DNA from: an uncultured Spirochaetota bacterium
Lineage (GTDB): Bacteria > Spirochaetota > Spirochaetia > SZUA-6 > Fen-1364
Reading direction: 5' to 3'
DNA: 64,000 nucleotides
NCBI GenBank assembly: GCA_963734545.1
Contig: CAVTHO010000005.1
Span: 256,001-320,000, forward strand
Shown here: positions 51,072 through 60,495 of the stretch, piece after piece
How positions within the stretch are numbered: the first letter of the stretch is position 1
Layout: each line of letters starts with the position of its first letter
Made by a program: the position numbers and the translations under genes
The notes under the pieces: generated by a model
Databases searched by the model: none
The model's input: only the letters and a program-made list of their open reading frames with translations
What the model was told of the DNA's origin: nothing

Positions 51072-51757
51072 CCCCCTGCCCTGACGTGGTACGGAGCGGA
51101 GACTTCTTCCGGCGGTATGCAGGACAGATATTCGGCGATCGCCGCATCATAGTGGGCGGTCAATAGGAAGGCCTTCCGCGCCAGGCTGAACCGCGTGGCG
51201 AGGCCCAGCGTGCCGCCTGATTCGCTCAGCTCCTTGACGACTCCCGGGTAGTCGGCGGGATCTGTGAGAGCAGCCACACGATGGAAGTTCTTGGCCGCCG
51301 CCCTGACCATGCAGGGCCCGCCGATGTCGATGTTGCCCCGGGCATCTTCCAGAGTCGCGCCGCTCCGCGCGACTGTCTCGGTGAAAGGGTAGAGGTTCGC
51401 AACCACCATGTCGATGGGAACTGCCCCAGCCCGGGTAAGGTCAGCCTGGTGCGCGGGATTGTGCGTCTCTGAGAGAAGCCCGAGATAGATCTTGAAATCG
51501 AGTGTTTTCACGAGCCCGCCCTGCATCTCGGGCTGTCCCGTATAGTCGGAAACCTGCTGCAGCGAGCGTGATGCGGAATCCCCCAGCAGCTTCCCTATGG
51601 CTGCGTGCGAGCCGCCGGTGGAAAGAATGCGGAGGTCGGGATTTGCGGCGAGCAGCCCGCGGAGGAGGATATCGAGACCCGTCTTGTCGAAGACGCTTAC
51701 CAGGACGGTTTTCACCCTCACCCGGTCGTCGATCGTCTCCACTTTGTTGATGGCCAT
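51068..51757 (-). CDS. purH: IMP cyclohydrolase (MGS-like) half of a split PurH
   Basis: LVSVFDKTG, LSTGG, YTGQPEMQGGLVKTL, NLYPF, IDIGGPCMVRAAAKN. Confidence 0.9.
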   Translation of the reverse strand: MAINKVETIDDRVRVKTVLVSVFDKTGLDILLRGLLAANPDLRILSTGGSHAAIGKLLGDSASRSLQQVSDYTGQPEMQGGLVKTLDFKIYLGLLSETHNPAHQADLTRAGAVPIDMVVANLYPFTETVARSGATLEDARGNIDIGGPCMVRAAAKNFHRVAALTDPADYPGVVKELSESGGTLGLATRFSLARKAFLLTAHYDAAIAEYLSCIPPEEVSAPYHVRAGG

Positions 51758-51778
51758 CGCGTCCTCCGCGCGGCCATG

Positions 51779-53185
51779 CTATTGACTTTCCCGGGGAGAT
51801 GCAAGACCGGACCGCTGCAGCTCGACGTCGGCAAGCCGGGTCTCGATTGCCTGCGGCAAGCCGCGACCTGCAATCTGCACCAGGTACGTGCGGCCTGCCC
51901 TTTCCATTCCGCCATTCAACCAGGCGATCGCCACGTAGAAGAGCATGCGGGCCTTCAATGCCGAATTGCGCTCTCGGTCGATACGGGCAAGCAGTGCCGT
52001 TCCCGAATTCGTATCCAGGAGGAATCGCGCCACGTCGCGCTGCCACGATTCGCCGGGGACCCGGTCCAGCACCTGTTGGAGGATGCCGGCCGCTTCCCTC
52101 CGGTTTCCCTGCCGGATCCAGCAGAGAGCGGCACACAACGCCAGGGAGTATTCTTCCTCCTGGAACTCATAGGCACGCAGCAACGCTGTGCGCGCCTTTG
52201 CCCATTCCCCCCTGGTCCAATACAGCACGGCGAGTGGAGCATACGCATACCAGTAGCCCGGCTTGAGGCTGACCACGCGCTCCCAGTCGGCGATAGCCCT
52301 GTCCGCGTCGCCTCCATTCGAGAGCGCGCCCGCGCGCAGCGCGTACGCTTCGAACTGGCCGGGTTCGAGCGTGATGGCCGTCGAAAGATCGGCAATCGCC
52401 TCCGGGCGCTGCGCCCGGCGCAGGTAGAGCTTTGCCCGGTCGATGTACGACCAGGGGTAGTCCGGGGCGATCTCGATTGCGCGAGACAGGTCCTGCAGCG
52501 CACCTGGCGCATCGTCCAGGGCCTGCCGCGCCCTGGCCCTGTCGATGTAGGCGAAAGGGTAGTCGGGCTGCACGTGCACGGCCTTGTCGTACAGGGCCTC
52601 GGCGGACTTCCAGTCCTTTGCGCGGGAGAAGACCGCGCCCTTGCCGAGCAACGCGGCAAGGTGGGAAGGCTCACGCGCGAGCGCGCGCTCGAAAAGCCCG
52701 CCTGCCTCTGCATCTTCACCATTTTCCAGGGCCTGCTCCCCGAGGGCTGCCAGCGCGTCCGGGTGTCCATCGTCGATCGCCACCACTTTCCGCAGAAGAG
52801 TTTCCTGCTCTTTCAGGCGGCCCGCCAGGCCGTCAAGCACGGAAAGGTTGTAGAGCGCGTCCGTGTTCCCCGGCTCCACGGCGAGCACGAGCTCGAGCTC
52901 GGAACGGGCATCCTCCAGCCTGCCGGAGATCATGAGGAGACGTGCATGCAGGATGCGGGTTGCCGGGCTCTGCGGCTTTGCTGCCCGCGCGTGCTCGTAG
53001 CTTTCCAGCGCCTCCTCCGGCCGGCCGAGGGCGATTGCCGTGCTCATGCTCTCGAAAGGGAGCTCCTCGCCGGCCGCAGGCGCCTTTTCAACCGTCTCTG
53101 CAGGCTCGCGTGCGGGAGCAAGACATGCAGACAGGCACACACTGAGAATCAGGATGACTGCGCGCAGGGGCCGGATGCTGCGCAT
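51779..53185 (-). CDS. TPR-repeat lipoprotein
   Basis: Lipobox LSAC; many TPR units (EPGNTDALYNL, QPDYPFAYIDRA). Confidence 0.85.
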   Translation of the reverse strand: MRSIRPLRAVILILSVCLSACLAPAREPAETVEKAPAAGEELPFESMSTAIALGRPEEALESYEHARAAKPQSPATRILHARLLMISGRLEDARSELELVLAVEPGNTDALYNLSVLDGLAGRLKEQETLLRKVVAIDDGHPDALAALGEQALENGEDAEAGGLFERALAREPSHLAALLGKGAVFSRAKDWKSAEALYDKAVHVQPDYPFAYIDRARARQALDDAPGALQDLSRAIEIAPDYPWSYIDRAKLYLRRAQRPEAIADLSTAITLEPGQFEAYALRAGALSNGGDADRAIADWERVVSLKPGYWYAYAPLAVLYWTRGEWAKARTALLRAYEFQEEEYSLALCAALCWIRQGNRREAAGILQQVLDRVPGESWQRDVARFLLDTNSGTALLARIDRERNSALKARMLFYVAIAWLNGGMERAGRTYLVQIAGRGLPQAIETRLADVELQRSGLASPRESQ

Positions 53186-53224
53186 GGTGGGCGGGCAGGT
53201 GCTGCGGATCATGAGATCCAGGCC

Positions 53225-53269
53225 GTCATAGCCGACCTCGTTGAATCTTTCAAGTCCCCTTGGTAGAAT
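53225..53269. promoter_or_regulatory. Overlapping divergent promoters: TTGAAT-17-TAGAAT (plus) and TTGAAA-17-TATGAC (minus)
   Basis: Plus 53241-53269, minus 53253-53225. Confidence 0.55.
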
Positions 53270-53278
53270 CCGCCCGCG

Positions 53279-55126
53279 ATGCGGAAAATCCTGACAGCGC
53301 AGCTGCGCATTCCCGCAGTCTACGGGGGAGTCGTGCTCCTCCTTCTCCTCCTGGCGCTTTTCGCGCCCAGCTTTTCTCAAGGCGTCGGAGATGCCCGTGT
53401 TGCCGGCCGCTATGTTCTCTTCCCCCTTTTTCGCCCCCGCGCCCTCCAGAGTCTCACCCTCTCCTGGAACGGAATGGCGCTGCGATTCTCCCGATCGACC
53501 ACCCCTGCACTGGAAGGCTTCGAAACCGGAGATGCGGGAGTCGACATTATCCTTGCGCAGAATGTCCGCCTGCGCGTGATCCCGGGTCATGACCTCAGCG
53601 GATCACTCACGATTTCGCCCGTGGCTTCCTCCGCAGGGGCCGGCGCGGGGCCGCTCGTCATACCGTTCACACTGTCCGTTCCCGCACAGGAGCCGCCGGC
53701 AGGATCTGCCCTTTCGTGGGAGCGCGGCGGCCGCACCTACCTTCTGTCCCTGCCGCCGGGCGCGCGCGTCGACGCCGAATCGCATATTCTGACGCTGCCT
53801 CTCGACTCAAAGGAGATAAGCCTGCGTGTGGCCGGGGCACCGGTCCTTGCCGCGTCGGCGCGCGCGGGGCCGGGGAGAGCAGTTGCGCGGACATCGCAGC
53901 TCCCCGACGAGCAGTCGCTGCCGTCACTTGACCAGGTGCAGGCGGCTGTCGGGCGATATGTCGATGCGGCGTACGGCGGGTGGGCCGGGACGCGCTTTTC
54001 CCCGGAGGACGGGCTCTGGAAGATGCCTGATGGGAGCGCGAGGTTCTCGGATGACATCGGGGTGGGACTCCTTGCGGAGTCCATCTACCGCGGGACCTGG
54101 GACCGGCTCCTGCCTGTCTGGTCGGAGGCGATAGCACGCGAGCAGGATCGCGCCCCGGGCCAGAGGCTCAGCCTGCGCACGAGCCCGTACGCCGGAAACG
54201 TGCGCGACTACGTGCGGGCGCTCCAGTCACGGGCCGCGGCCGATGTCGAGCGCGCGCGCGGACTGCTGGCGAGATCGGATGCCTCGCTCTTCGCGATGAA
54301 CGGGCTCTCCACGCTGCTTGCGGATCACGGAACCCCCGGCCAGCTCCGGGCGGCGCGCACCTTCATGACGGCCGTGAGCGCCGCGCAGCTCGACACAGGC
54401 GCGGCGCTCGGTCTCCTGGACGGGCTCCTCACGTACGCGCAGGAGGCGGGCGCGGGAGCAACTGTGACGGACACCGACGCGGCCAGGGCCGCGCGCGAGC
54501 TTATTGACCGGAGGATCCTCCCTTCGGTGCGCGTCGCTGATGCCGGTCTTTTTCTTGAGTCCGGCACGACTGGCCAGACCGACGTGAGAGACAGCATCCG
54601 CTGCGGATCCCTTCTCCTGCGGGCAGGGACCGCGCTGGACTATTCGCGCGCCGCGGCCTTCGGCCGTGCCCTTCTTGCGGCGTCTCTCGGTCTTGCCGAT
54701 GAGACGGGATCCCTTCCGGGCACGCTCACCCTGTCAGCCGGACGAGTTGCCGCGCGCGCAGGCGTCCTGGCAGCCGAATCAGTGTACGAGCTGCTCCCGC
54801 TGGATCGTTACCTGCCGAGGGAGATTCCCCTCACCCTGCAGCTCGGCCCGGGCGCCTGGATCTGGACATCGGCCCGGATCGTATCCGCCGTGCGCTCGGA
54901 CGTGGAAGCCTCGCTGGTGGTCGCCTATCCCCGCGGTGTCGCCCACTACATGGCAATCCAGGGACTCGGGCCATTCACGCAGATCCGCCTGCATTCCATT
55001 CCCTGGCACAGCGATCCTTCCTATATGAAATACTCGGACGGCTGGGCATACGATACCGGGTCCGAAACGCTCTACCTCAAGCTGACGGGTCGGACCGCCC
55101 AGGAAGAGATCACTATCCGATTCTGA
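53279..55126 (+). CDS. Hypothetical membrane-anchored or exported protein
   Basis: N-terminal TM segment, long ORF, aromatic beta-rich C-terminus. Confidence 0.75.
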   Translation: MRKILTAQLRIPAVYGGVVLLLLLLALFAPSFSQGVGDARVAGRYVLFPLFRPRALQSLTLSWNGMALRFSRSTTPALEGFETGDAGVDIILAQNVRLRVIPGHDLSGSLTISPVASSAGAGAGPLVIPFTLSVPAQEPPAGSALSWERGGRTYLLSLPPGARVDAESHILTLPLDSKEISLRVAGAPVLAASARAGPGRAVARTSQLPDEQSLPSLDQVQAAVGRYVDAAYGGWAGTRFSPEDGLWKMPDGSARFSDDIGVGLLAESIYRGTWDRLLPVWSEAIAREQDRAPGQRLSLRTSPYAGNVRDYVRALQSRAAADVERARGLLARSDASLFAMNGLSTLLADHGTPGQLRAARTFMTAVSAAQLDTGAALGLLDGLLTYAQEAGAGATVTDTDAARAARELIDRRILPSVRVADAGLFLESGTTGQTDVRDSIRCGSLLLRAGTALDYSRAAAFGRALLAASLGLADETGSLPGTLTLSAGRVAARAGVLAAESVYELLPLDRYLPREIPLTLQLGPGAWIWTSARIVSAVRSDVEASLVVAYPRGVAHYMAIQGLGPFTQIRLHSIPWHSDPSYMKYSDGWAYDTGSETLYLKLTGRTAQEEITIRF

Positions 55127-55823
55127 TCCGGGAGGAGTTTCGGCCCAGCTCGCTTTCCAGCTCCCGGTACAAGTCATAAATGGTGCTCTGCAGCTCGCTC
55201 TTCAGCCTTTGCCGTTCCCGGGGGAAAGGCAGGCTCGCGTCGAATCGGATGGGTGCGCCGACCCTGATACCGCGGACCTTTCGATTGACGGCAACAGGAA
55301 GAAACTGGATGGCTTTCCTCGTCTTCTCGTAATAGAGCCTGGCCACATGGATGAATCCGGTGCGGAGCTCGCCGAGGACATCGTTGAATTTCTTCGAGGT
55401 ATCCTCTGCGAATACGAGGATATTCTTCCCCTGCTCCAGCAGTGCGAGGCTGGCGCGCATCGTGCTCCTTATCTTCCTGCTTCTTGCGTACACGGGTATC
55501 GCGCCGATGTCCCGCATGATCGCCACGCATACTCTTCCGATGACCTTTGCGAGATACCTGCTGAGCGGGGGCCGCAGGTGCAGCTCCTGCTCGAGAAACT
55601 CGGTCTGGATCCGGGGAGCAGCTGTCCTTATGTCAGTCACCTCGTGCGCCACCCAGGGGTACAGCTCTATCGGCAGGGAGGTGATGACCGAAACCGGCCC
55701 GAATGAGCCGACGTGGTTGGCGACCATGATGACAGGTTCGTCCCTCAGCAGTTTACTGCTTCCCCGCAGCCGGGAATTGAACAGGAGAAGGCGTACTACC
55801 TTGTAGAAACACCTTGCCACCAT
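55113..55823 (-). CDS. PlsC-like lysophospholipid acyltransferase
   Basis: MVANH, GAIPVY, ILVFAE, FLPVAV. Confidence 0.8.
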   Translation of the reverse strand: MVARCFYKVVRLLLFNSRLRGSSKLLRDEPVIMVANHVGSFGPVSVITSLPIELYPWVAHEVTDIRTAAPRIQTEFLEQELHLRPPLSRYLAKVIGRVCVAIMRDIGAIPVYARSRKIRSTMRASLALLEQGKNILVFAEDTSKKFNDVLGELRTGFIHVARLYYEKTRKAIQFLPVAVNRKVRGIRVGAPIRFDASLPFPRERQRLKSELQSTIYDLYRELESELGRNSSRIRIG

Positions 55824-55898
55824 CTGGGTCTACATAGACAACCTATGCAAACAGTAGTCTCCGTCCTGCTGAGCGTCAAGCGATGTGAGAGAGGGAGC

Positions 55899-56879
55899 TC
55901 ATGACGGGAGAGGTGTTTCGGACCGCGGGTCCCGGTCCACCAGGGCGTGAAGAAACAAGGGGATCGTAAAGAAAAGGAGAAGGCCGAGAGAGATCGCGAT
56001 GAGCTTGAAGAGGCCCATGTCCCCCCAGATGTTGCCTGCCGCGACAGCGCCGCCCACGATTCCCACGGCGATAAGTCCGACTGCCTTGAATGCCCTCTGA
56101 CGGATGCGTACGAACAGGGCGGTGGTCACGCCCAGCACCACGCAGAAATACGCCATCGCGGAGTCCCATCGGCTGAATCCTGCTTCCAGGCTCTGGAGCG
56201 CATTCAGGAAGTACCCCGAGGCCTGGGTGACGGTGATGATCCATATGCCCAGGACGGGAAGGGGAAGGAGCATGAGAGAGACGAGGATCCAGTCTCGTCT
56301 GGCAACGGTGACCGCCGTCGAGGCGAGCACCCAGATCGTGACCGTAAAAAGCACGGCGAGCGCGGCAAGCTGCCAGAGGGGAGCGGGCGTGCCGACTCCC
56401 TGCATGAGGAAGGAAACCGTTCGGGTCATGGGATCCACGGACATGTAGCTGGTGATCAGGAGCGGGACCACGGCATAGCCGACCCAGGAGTACAGCCAGT
56501 TCGGCGAGCCGCTTCGCCAGCCGAGCAGCGCGATGATGGAAATGGCGGCGAATGCCGCGCCCAGGAGCAACGGGTACCGCCAGACGTGGGTGGCAAACAG
56601 CGCTGCCACGATCAGGTGCGGTTGACAGCCGATCAGCGCCTCTGTCCAGCTGCCCCCGCTGTACGCTTCGTACATCATACGGGCGATGGAACGCGCATCG
56701 CCGAATGACAGGAGAGCCTCGCGCGTCGCCTCGACCTGGGAGACGCCCTGGTCCTCCAGCTCGCTCAGCTTTTCCTGGAAGTGGGTATGCAGCTCGGAGA
56801 TCACCCGCCGCTCCGTTCGGGGATCGAGGTGGAGATGCGTCCGTACTTGGTCGAGATAGTGACGGACCTCGGTCTGCAT
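55899..56879 (-). CDS. Membrane protein with an N-terminal HAAS-like domain
   Basis: YLDQVRTHL...ELHTHFQE...ALLSFGDARSIA followed by multiple TM helices. Confidence 0.82.
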   Translation of the reverse strand: MQTEVRHYLDQVRTHLHLDPRTERRVISELHTHFQEKLSELEDQGVSQVEATREALLSFGDARSIARMMYEAYSGGSWTEALIGCQPHLIVAALFATHVWRYPLLLGAAFAAISIIALLGWRSGSPNWLYSWVGYAVVPLLITSYMSVDPMTRTVSFLMQGVGTPAPLWQLAALAVLFTVTIWVLASTAVTVARRDWILVSLMLLPLPVLGIWIITVTQASGYFLNALQSLEAGFSRWDSAMAYFCVVLGVTTALFVRIRQRAFKAVGLIAVGIVGGAVAAGNIWGDMGLFKLIAISLGLLLFFTIPLFLHALVDRDPRSETPLPS

Positions 56880-56889
56880 CGAGTGCTCC

Positions 56890-57243
56890 CTACAGCTCCA
56901 TTGGTTTCATCACGAGCGCCATGGCGCTCGCAAAGCTCTGCCACATGACCAGCTTCTGCCTGAGGAGCTCGCGCCCCGCTTCCGTCATGGAGTAGTAGCG
57001 CCGCTCCTGCCCGTTGGGCAGCTTCTTCCATTCACCCTGGATCAGGCCGTCGTTCTCCAGCTTGCGAAGGGCAGGGTACACCGTCCCTTCCTTGAAGCGG
57101 AAGTAACCCTTGCTTCTCTCCGCGATTTCCTTGATCAACCGATAGCCGTAGGTCTGGCCCCGCTCGTTGATAAGGAAAAGGAGAAGGGAATCCGTGTTGC
57201 CGCGAAGGAGATCTGGATTGTATTCTCGGGACCCGTCCGCCAT
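56890..57243 (-). CDS. PadR family transcriptional regulator
   Basis: YGYRLIKEI, EGTVYPALRKLE, RRYYSMTEAG. Confidence 0.94.
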   Translation of the reverse strand: MADGSREYNPDLLRGNTDSLLLFLINERGQTYGYRLIKEIAERSKGYFRFKEGTVYPALRKLENDGLIQGEWKKLPNGQERRYYSMTEAGRELLRQKLVMWQSFASAMALVMKPMEL

Positions 57244-57291
57244 ATAACTACCCTTTCCATCCTTTCATGATCCACTTCCTAGACTTGCTTC

Positions 57292-57328
57292 ATGGTAATG
57301 ACGGGCAAACTTTGGTGTCAAGACACCA
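57292..57328 (-). promoter_or_regulatory. padR promoter (TTGACA-18-TACCAT) with an inverted repeat over the -35
   Basis: tggtgtc-aa-gacacca at 57313-57328. Confidence 0.5.
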
Positions 57329-57493
57329 TAAACGCGGCGCCCTTCGCCATCGCGGCCGCTCCTGGCGGCATTCCCTGCCCATGGGCGCCTTCCGTACTTC
57401 CCTGTACCCGGCGCCCTTCGCCATCCAACGCCGCGCCCGACGCGCTCGCGCGTCATTTTGGCGCGGCAGGGCTACGGGTGTATACTCCGGACT

Positions 57494-57983
57494 GTGAAAG
57501 GCAAGAAAAAGACGGATGCCGGTCGCGCGAAGCTCGAAAAGGAGCTTCGAGAGGCACTGAGTGAAATCGACGAGGAAGGCCTGCTCTTCCTTCTTCGCCA
57601 GGCGCAGGTCCTGATCTACAACGCCACGGGTTGACCGGATCAACCAGGAAGCCACCCGGTTGAAAGCGGGGAAACCGCAGCCAGTCAAAGAAGCGCGGGA
57701 AGCGCCGCTCGGAGTCTCCATCGAGGAATCAGACGACGGCAAGAGCATTTTCCTCACGCTGGGAAAGGCGCGAAAAGTGCTGGCGCCGGCGGAGATGCGT
57801 CAGATCGTCCGAATCTGCTACGCGGCGGAGACGAAAAGCGAGGCGCTGCGCCAGCTTTTCACGGTTCTGGCCCGGGAGCGGAAGGATATTCTGGCAGACG
57901 CAATGATCGGCAATCCCGACAATCCTCTGCTCGTCGCTCTGTTCACCACGGTGCGGAACACCTACCGTCTGAAGGACGCGTAG
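57494..57983 (+). CDS. Hypothetical protein, frameshift near 57626
   Basis: VKGKKKTDAG...IDEEGLLFLLRQAQVLIYNA continues as RVDRINQE in the 57660 frame; TATACT 7 nt upstream. Confidence 0.7.
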
Positions 57984-58146
57984 CGCCGTCCGACCCGCGC
58001 GAACGCGTCCCTGACGTACGGCCTTCCGCAGGCTCTCGGCGTTTGCGCGCAAACGCTCCGCCCTATGCATCCATGTGCTCGGCCGAACTCGTCATCCTTG
58101 TCTACGCTTGCAACGGGTCTCGAATCCTTCTATTCTGAAAAACGTC

Positions 58147-58692
58147 GTGGCGCATCCGGACATCGAAGGAAGATACTTCCTCTCTTACGCGCACATCCAC
58201 CTGAGCGTGCGGGCCCTGGCGGGACAGATAATCGCATCAGGGTTCGAGCCGGACCTGATCGTTGCCATAGGGACCGGCGGGTTCATCCCTGCCCGCATCC
58301 TCAAGACATTCATAAAGAAGCCGATCCTCACGGTCGGCATCTCCTACTACGGACCGGACAACAAGCCTGCAACGAGTCCCCACACGATCCAATGGATCGA
58401 TGAGGTGGAACAGAAACTCTCGGGGAAGAGAGTCCTGCTGGTGGACGAGGTGGACGATTCCCGCGTCACGCTGGAGTACTGCCTGCGGGAGTTGCTGCGG
58501 CACCGGCCGGCAGAGATCGCGGTGGCCGTTCTCCACAACAAGAAGAAGGAAAAACGGGGAAAGATCCCTCCGGAGGTCCGCCGCTATTTTGCAGGCGAAG
58601 AGCTCGACGACAAGTGGATCTGCTACCCCTGGGATGCGCTGGACATCACCGCGCATGAAAAAATTTCCAACTCGGGCATGGCCGCGTACTGA
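58147..58692 (+). CDS. Purine phosphoribosyltransferase (yeast Hpt1/Xpt1-like)
   Basis: AIGTGGFIPARIL, VLLVDEVDDSRVTL, WICYPW; upstream TTGCAA-17-TATTCT; start uncertain. Confidence 0.88.
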   Translation: MAHPDIEGRYFLSYAHIHLSVRALAGQIIASGFEPDLIVAIGTGGFIPARILKTFIKKPILTVGISYYGPDNKPATSPHTIQWIDEVEQKLSGKRVLLVDEVDDSRVTLEYCLRELLRHRPAEIAVAVLHNKKKEKRGKIPPEVRRYFAGEELDDKWICYPWDALDITAHEKISNSGMAAY

Positions 58693-58701
58693 GAGCCGCC
58701 C

Positions 58702-60495
58702 ATGGGTATGGAAACATTCTGGCTGAAGGACTCGCGAAAACTGGTCGACGTGGCAGTAGGCCGCAAGCCGGCCGACCTTGTCGTGCGTGATGGGGCGTGG
58801 GTGTGTGTGCAGTCCGGTGAGATCGTGCCGCACACGGACATCGCGATTGCCGGTCACCGCATCGCTTACGTGGGACCCGACGCCCGGCACGCGGTCGGCC
58901 CGCAGACCGAAGTGATCGAGGCGAAAGGCCGCTACATGGTCCCCGGACTGCTGGACGGCCACATGCACGTGGAGTCCGGCATGCTGACGGTGACCGAGTT
59001 CGTCCGCGCCGTCATCCCCCATGGCACGACGGGCATGTTCGTGGATCCCCACGAGATCGCCAACGTCCTGGGCCTTCGCGGCGTGCGCCTCATGGTGGAC
59101 GAGGCAGCCCAGCAGCCGATCCATGTCTTTGTCCAGGTGCCCAGCTGTGTTCCTTCCGCGCCCGGATTGGAAACCCCCGGGGCGGTCATCGGGCCGGCGG
59201 AAATCGAGGAAGCGCTCACCTGGCCGGGGATCATCGGCCTCGGAGAGATGATGAACTTTCCCGGAGTGTGCGCCGGCAACGACAAGGTCCACGCGGAGAT
59301 GGCGGCGACCCGTCAGGCGGAAAAGGTGATCGGCGGCCACTACGCGTCCCCGGACCTGGGTCTGCCTTTCCATGGGTATGCGGCGGGAGGGGCGCAGGAC
59401 GACCATGAGGGGACGCGGGTGGAGGACGCGGTTGCCCGCATCCGACAGGGGATGCGCGTGATGCTGCGGTACGGGTCCGCGTGGCACGATGTGGCGGCCC
59501 AATTGCCGGCCATCAACGGTCTTGGTCTCGACACGCGCCACTTCATTCTCTGCACGGATGACTCGCATTCCGAGACCCTTGTGCGCGAAGGTCACATGGA
59601 CCGGGTCCTGCGTCACGCCATCGGGGAGGGGCTCGACCCCCTGGCTGCCGTCCAGATGGCCACGCTCAACACGGCGGAGCACTTCGGTGTCAGCCGGGAC
59701 ATGGGACAGCTTGCCCCGGGGCGCTACGCCGACATTCTCCTGGTGAGTGACCTGCGCGATTTCCGGCCGCAGACGGTCATGGTCCGCGGAAAGGTCGCCG
59801 CGGAAGACGGAAAGCTGTTGACAGACCTGCCCTCGACGACCTACCCGGAATGGGCGATGCATACGATCCACCTTCTGCGTCCCGCGGCGGCGGCGGATTT
59901 CAGGCTGGATGCGCGGATGCGCGGAGAGGAAGTCACGGCGCACGTGATCGGCGTGATAGAAAACCAGGCCCCGACGCGCCACCTCGTGCTGAAGATGCGC
60001 ACGCGGGACGGCCATGTGCCGGCGGACATCGAGCGGGACATCGCAAAGATTGCTGTGCTCGACAGGCACCACGCATCGGGCAGCGTGCGCGTGGGACTCG
60101 TGCAGGGATTCGGCTTCCGCGCCCGGTGCGCGGTTGCCAGCACGGTCGCCCACGATTGCCACCAGATAATCGTCGCGGGTACGGACGAGGAGATGATGGC
60201 GCGGGCCGTCAATGAGCTTGCCGCGTGTGACGGAGGCCAGATCGTCGTGAAGGATGGTGAAGTGATCGGGAAGGTTTCCCTCCCCATCGCGGGGCTGATG
60301 TCCAATCTGCCGGCACCGGGCGTTGCGCAGGCTGCCGGCACCGTGCTCGCAGGATTCAGGGAATGCGGGTGCACGCTGAACAATCCCAACATGCAGCTCA
60401 GCCTCCTGGGACTCGTTGTCATCCCCGAGCTTCGGCTTTCCGATCTGGGATTGATCGACGTGCACGGATTCAACATCATTCGGGTCCTTGATTGA
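58702..60495 (+). CDS. ade: Adenine deaminase
   Basis: DGHMHVES, DPHEIANV, PSCVP, LGEMMNFPGV, DDHE, CTDD, VAHDCH. Confidence 0.95.
   Translation: MGMETFWLKDSRKLVDVAVGRKPADLVVRDGAWVCVQSGEIVPHTDIAIAGHRIAYVGPDARHAVGPQTEVIEAKGRYMVPGLLDGHMHVESGMLTVTEFVRAVIPHGTTGMFVDPHEIANVLGLRGVRLMVDEAAQQPIHVFVQVPSCVPSAPGLETPGAVIGPAEIEEALTWPGIIGLGEMMNFPGVCAGNDKVHAEMAATRQAEKVIGGHYASPDLGLPFHGYAAGGAQDDHEGTRVEDAVARIRQGMRVMLRYGSAWHDVAAQLPAINGLGLDTRHFILCTDDSHSETLVREGHMDRVLRHAIGEGLDPLAAVQMATLNTAEHFGVSRDMGQLAPGRYADILLVSDLRDFRPQTVMVRGKVAAEDGKLLTDLPSTTYPEWAMHTIHLLRPAAAADFRLDARMRGEEVTAHVIGVIENQAPTRHLVLKMRTRDGHVPADIERDIAKIAVLDRHHASGSVRVGLVQGFGFRARCAVASTVAHDCHQIIVAGTDEEMMARAVNELAACDGGQIVVKDGEVIGKVSLPIAGLMSNLPAPGVAQAAGTVLAGFRECGCTLNNPNMQLSLLGLVVIPELRLSDLGLIDVHGFNIIRVLD

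Noticed and set aside
7700-57650. Programmed frameshifting or phase variation at the broken genes
   Set aside because: No shared slippery heptamer or long homopolymer; the genes are unrelated.
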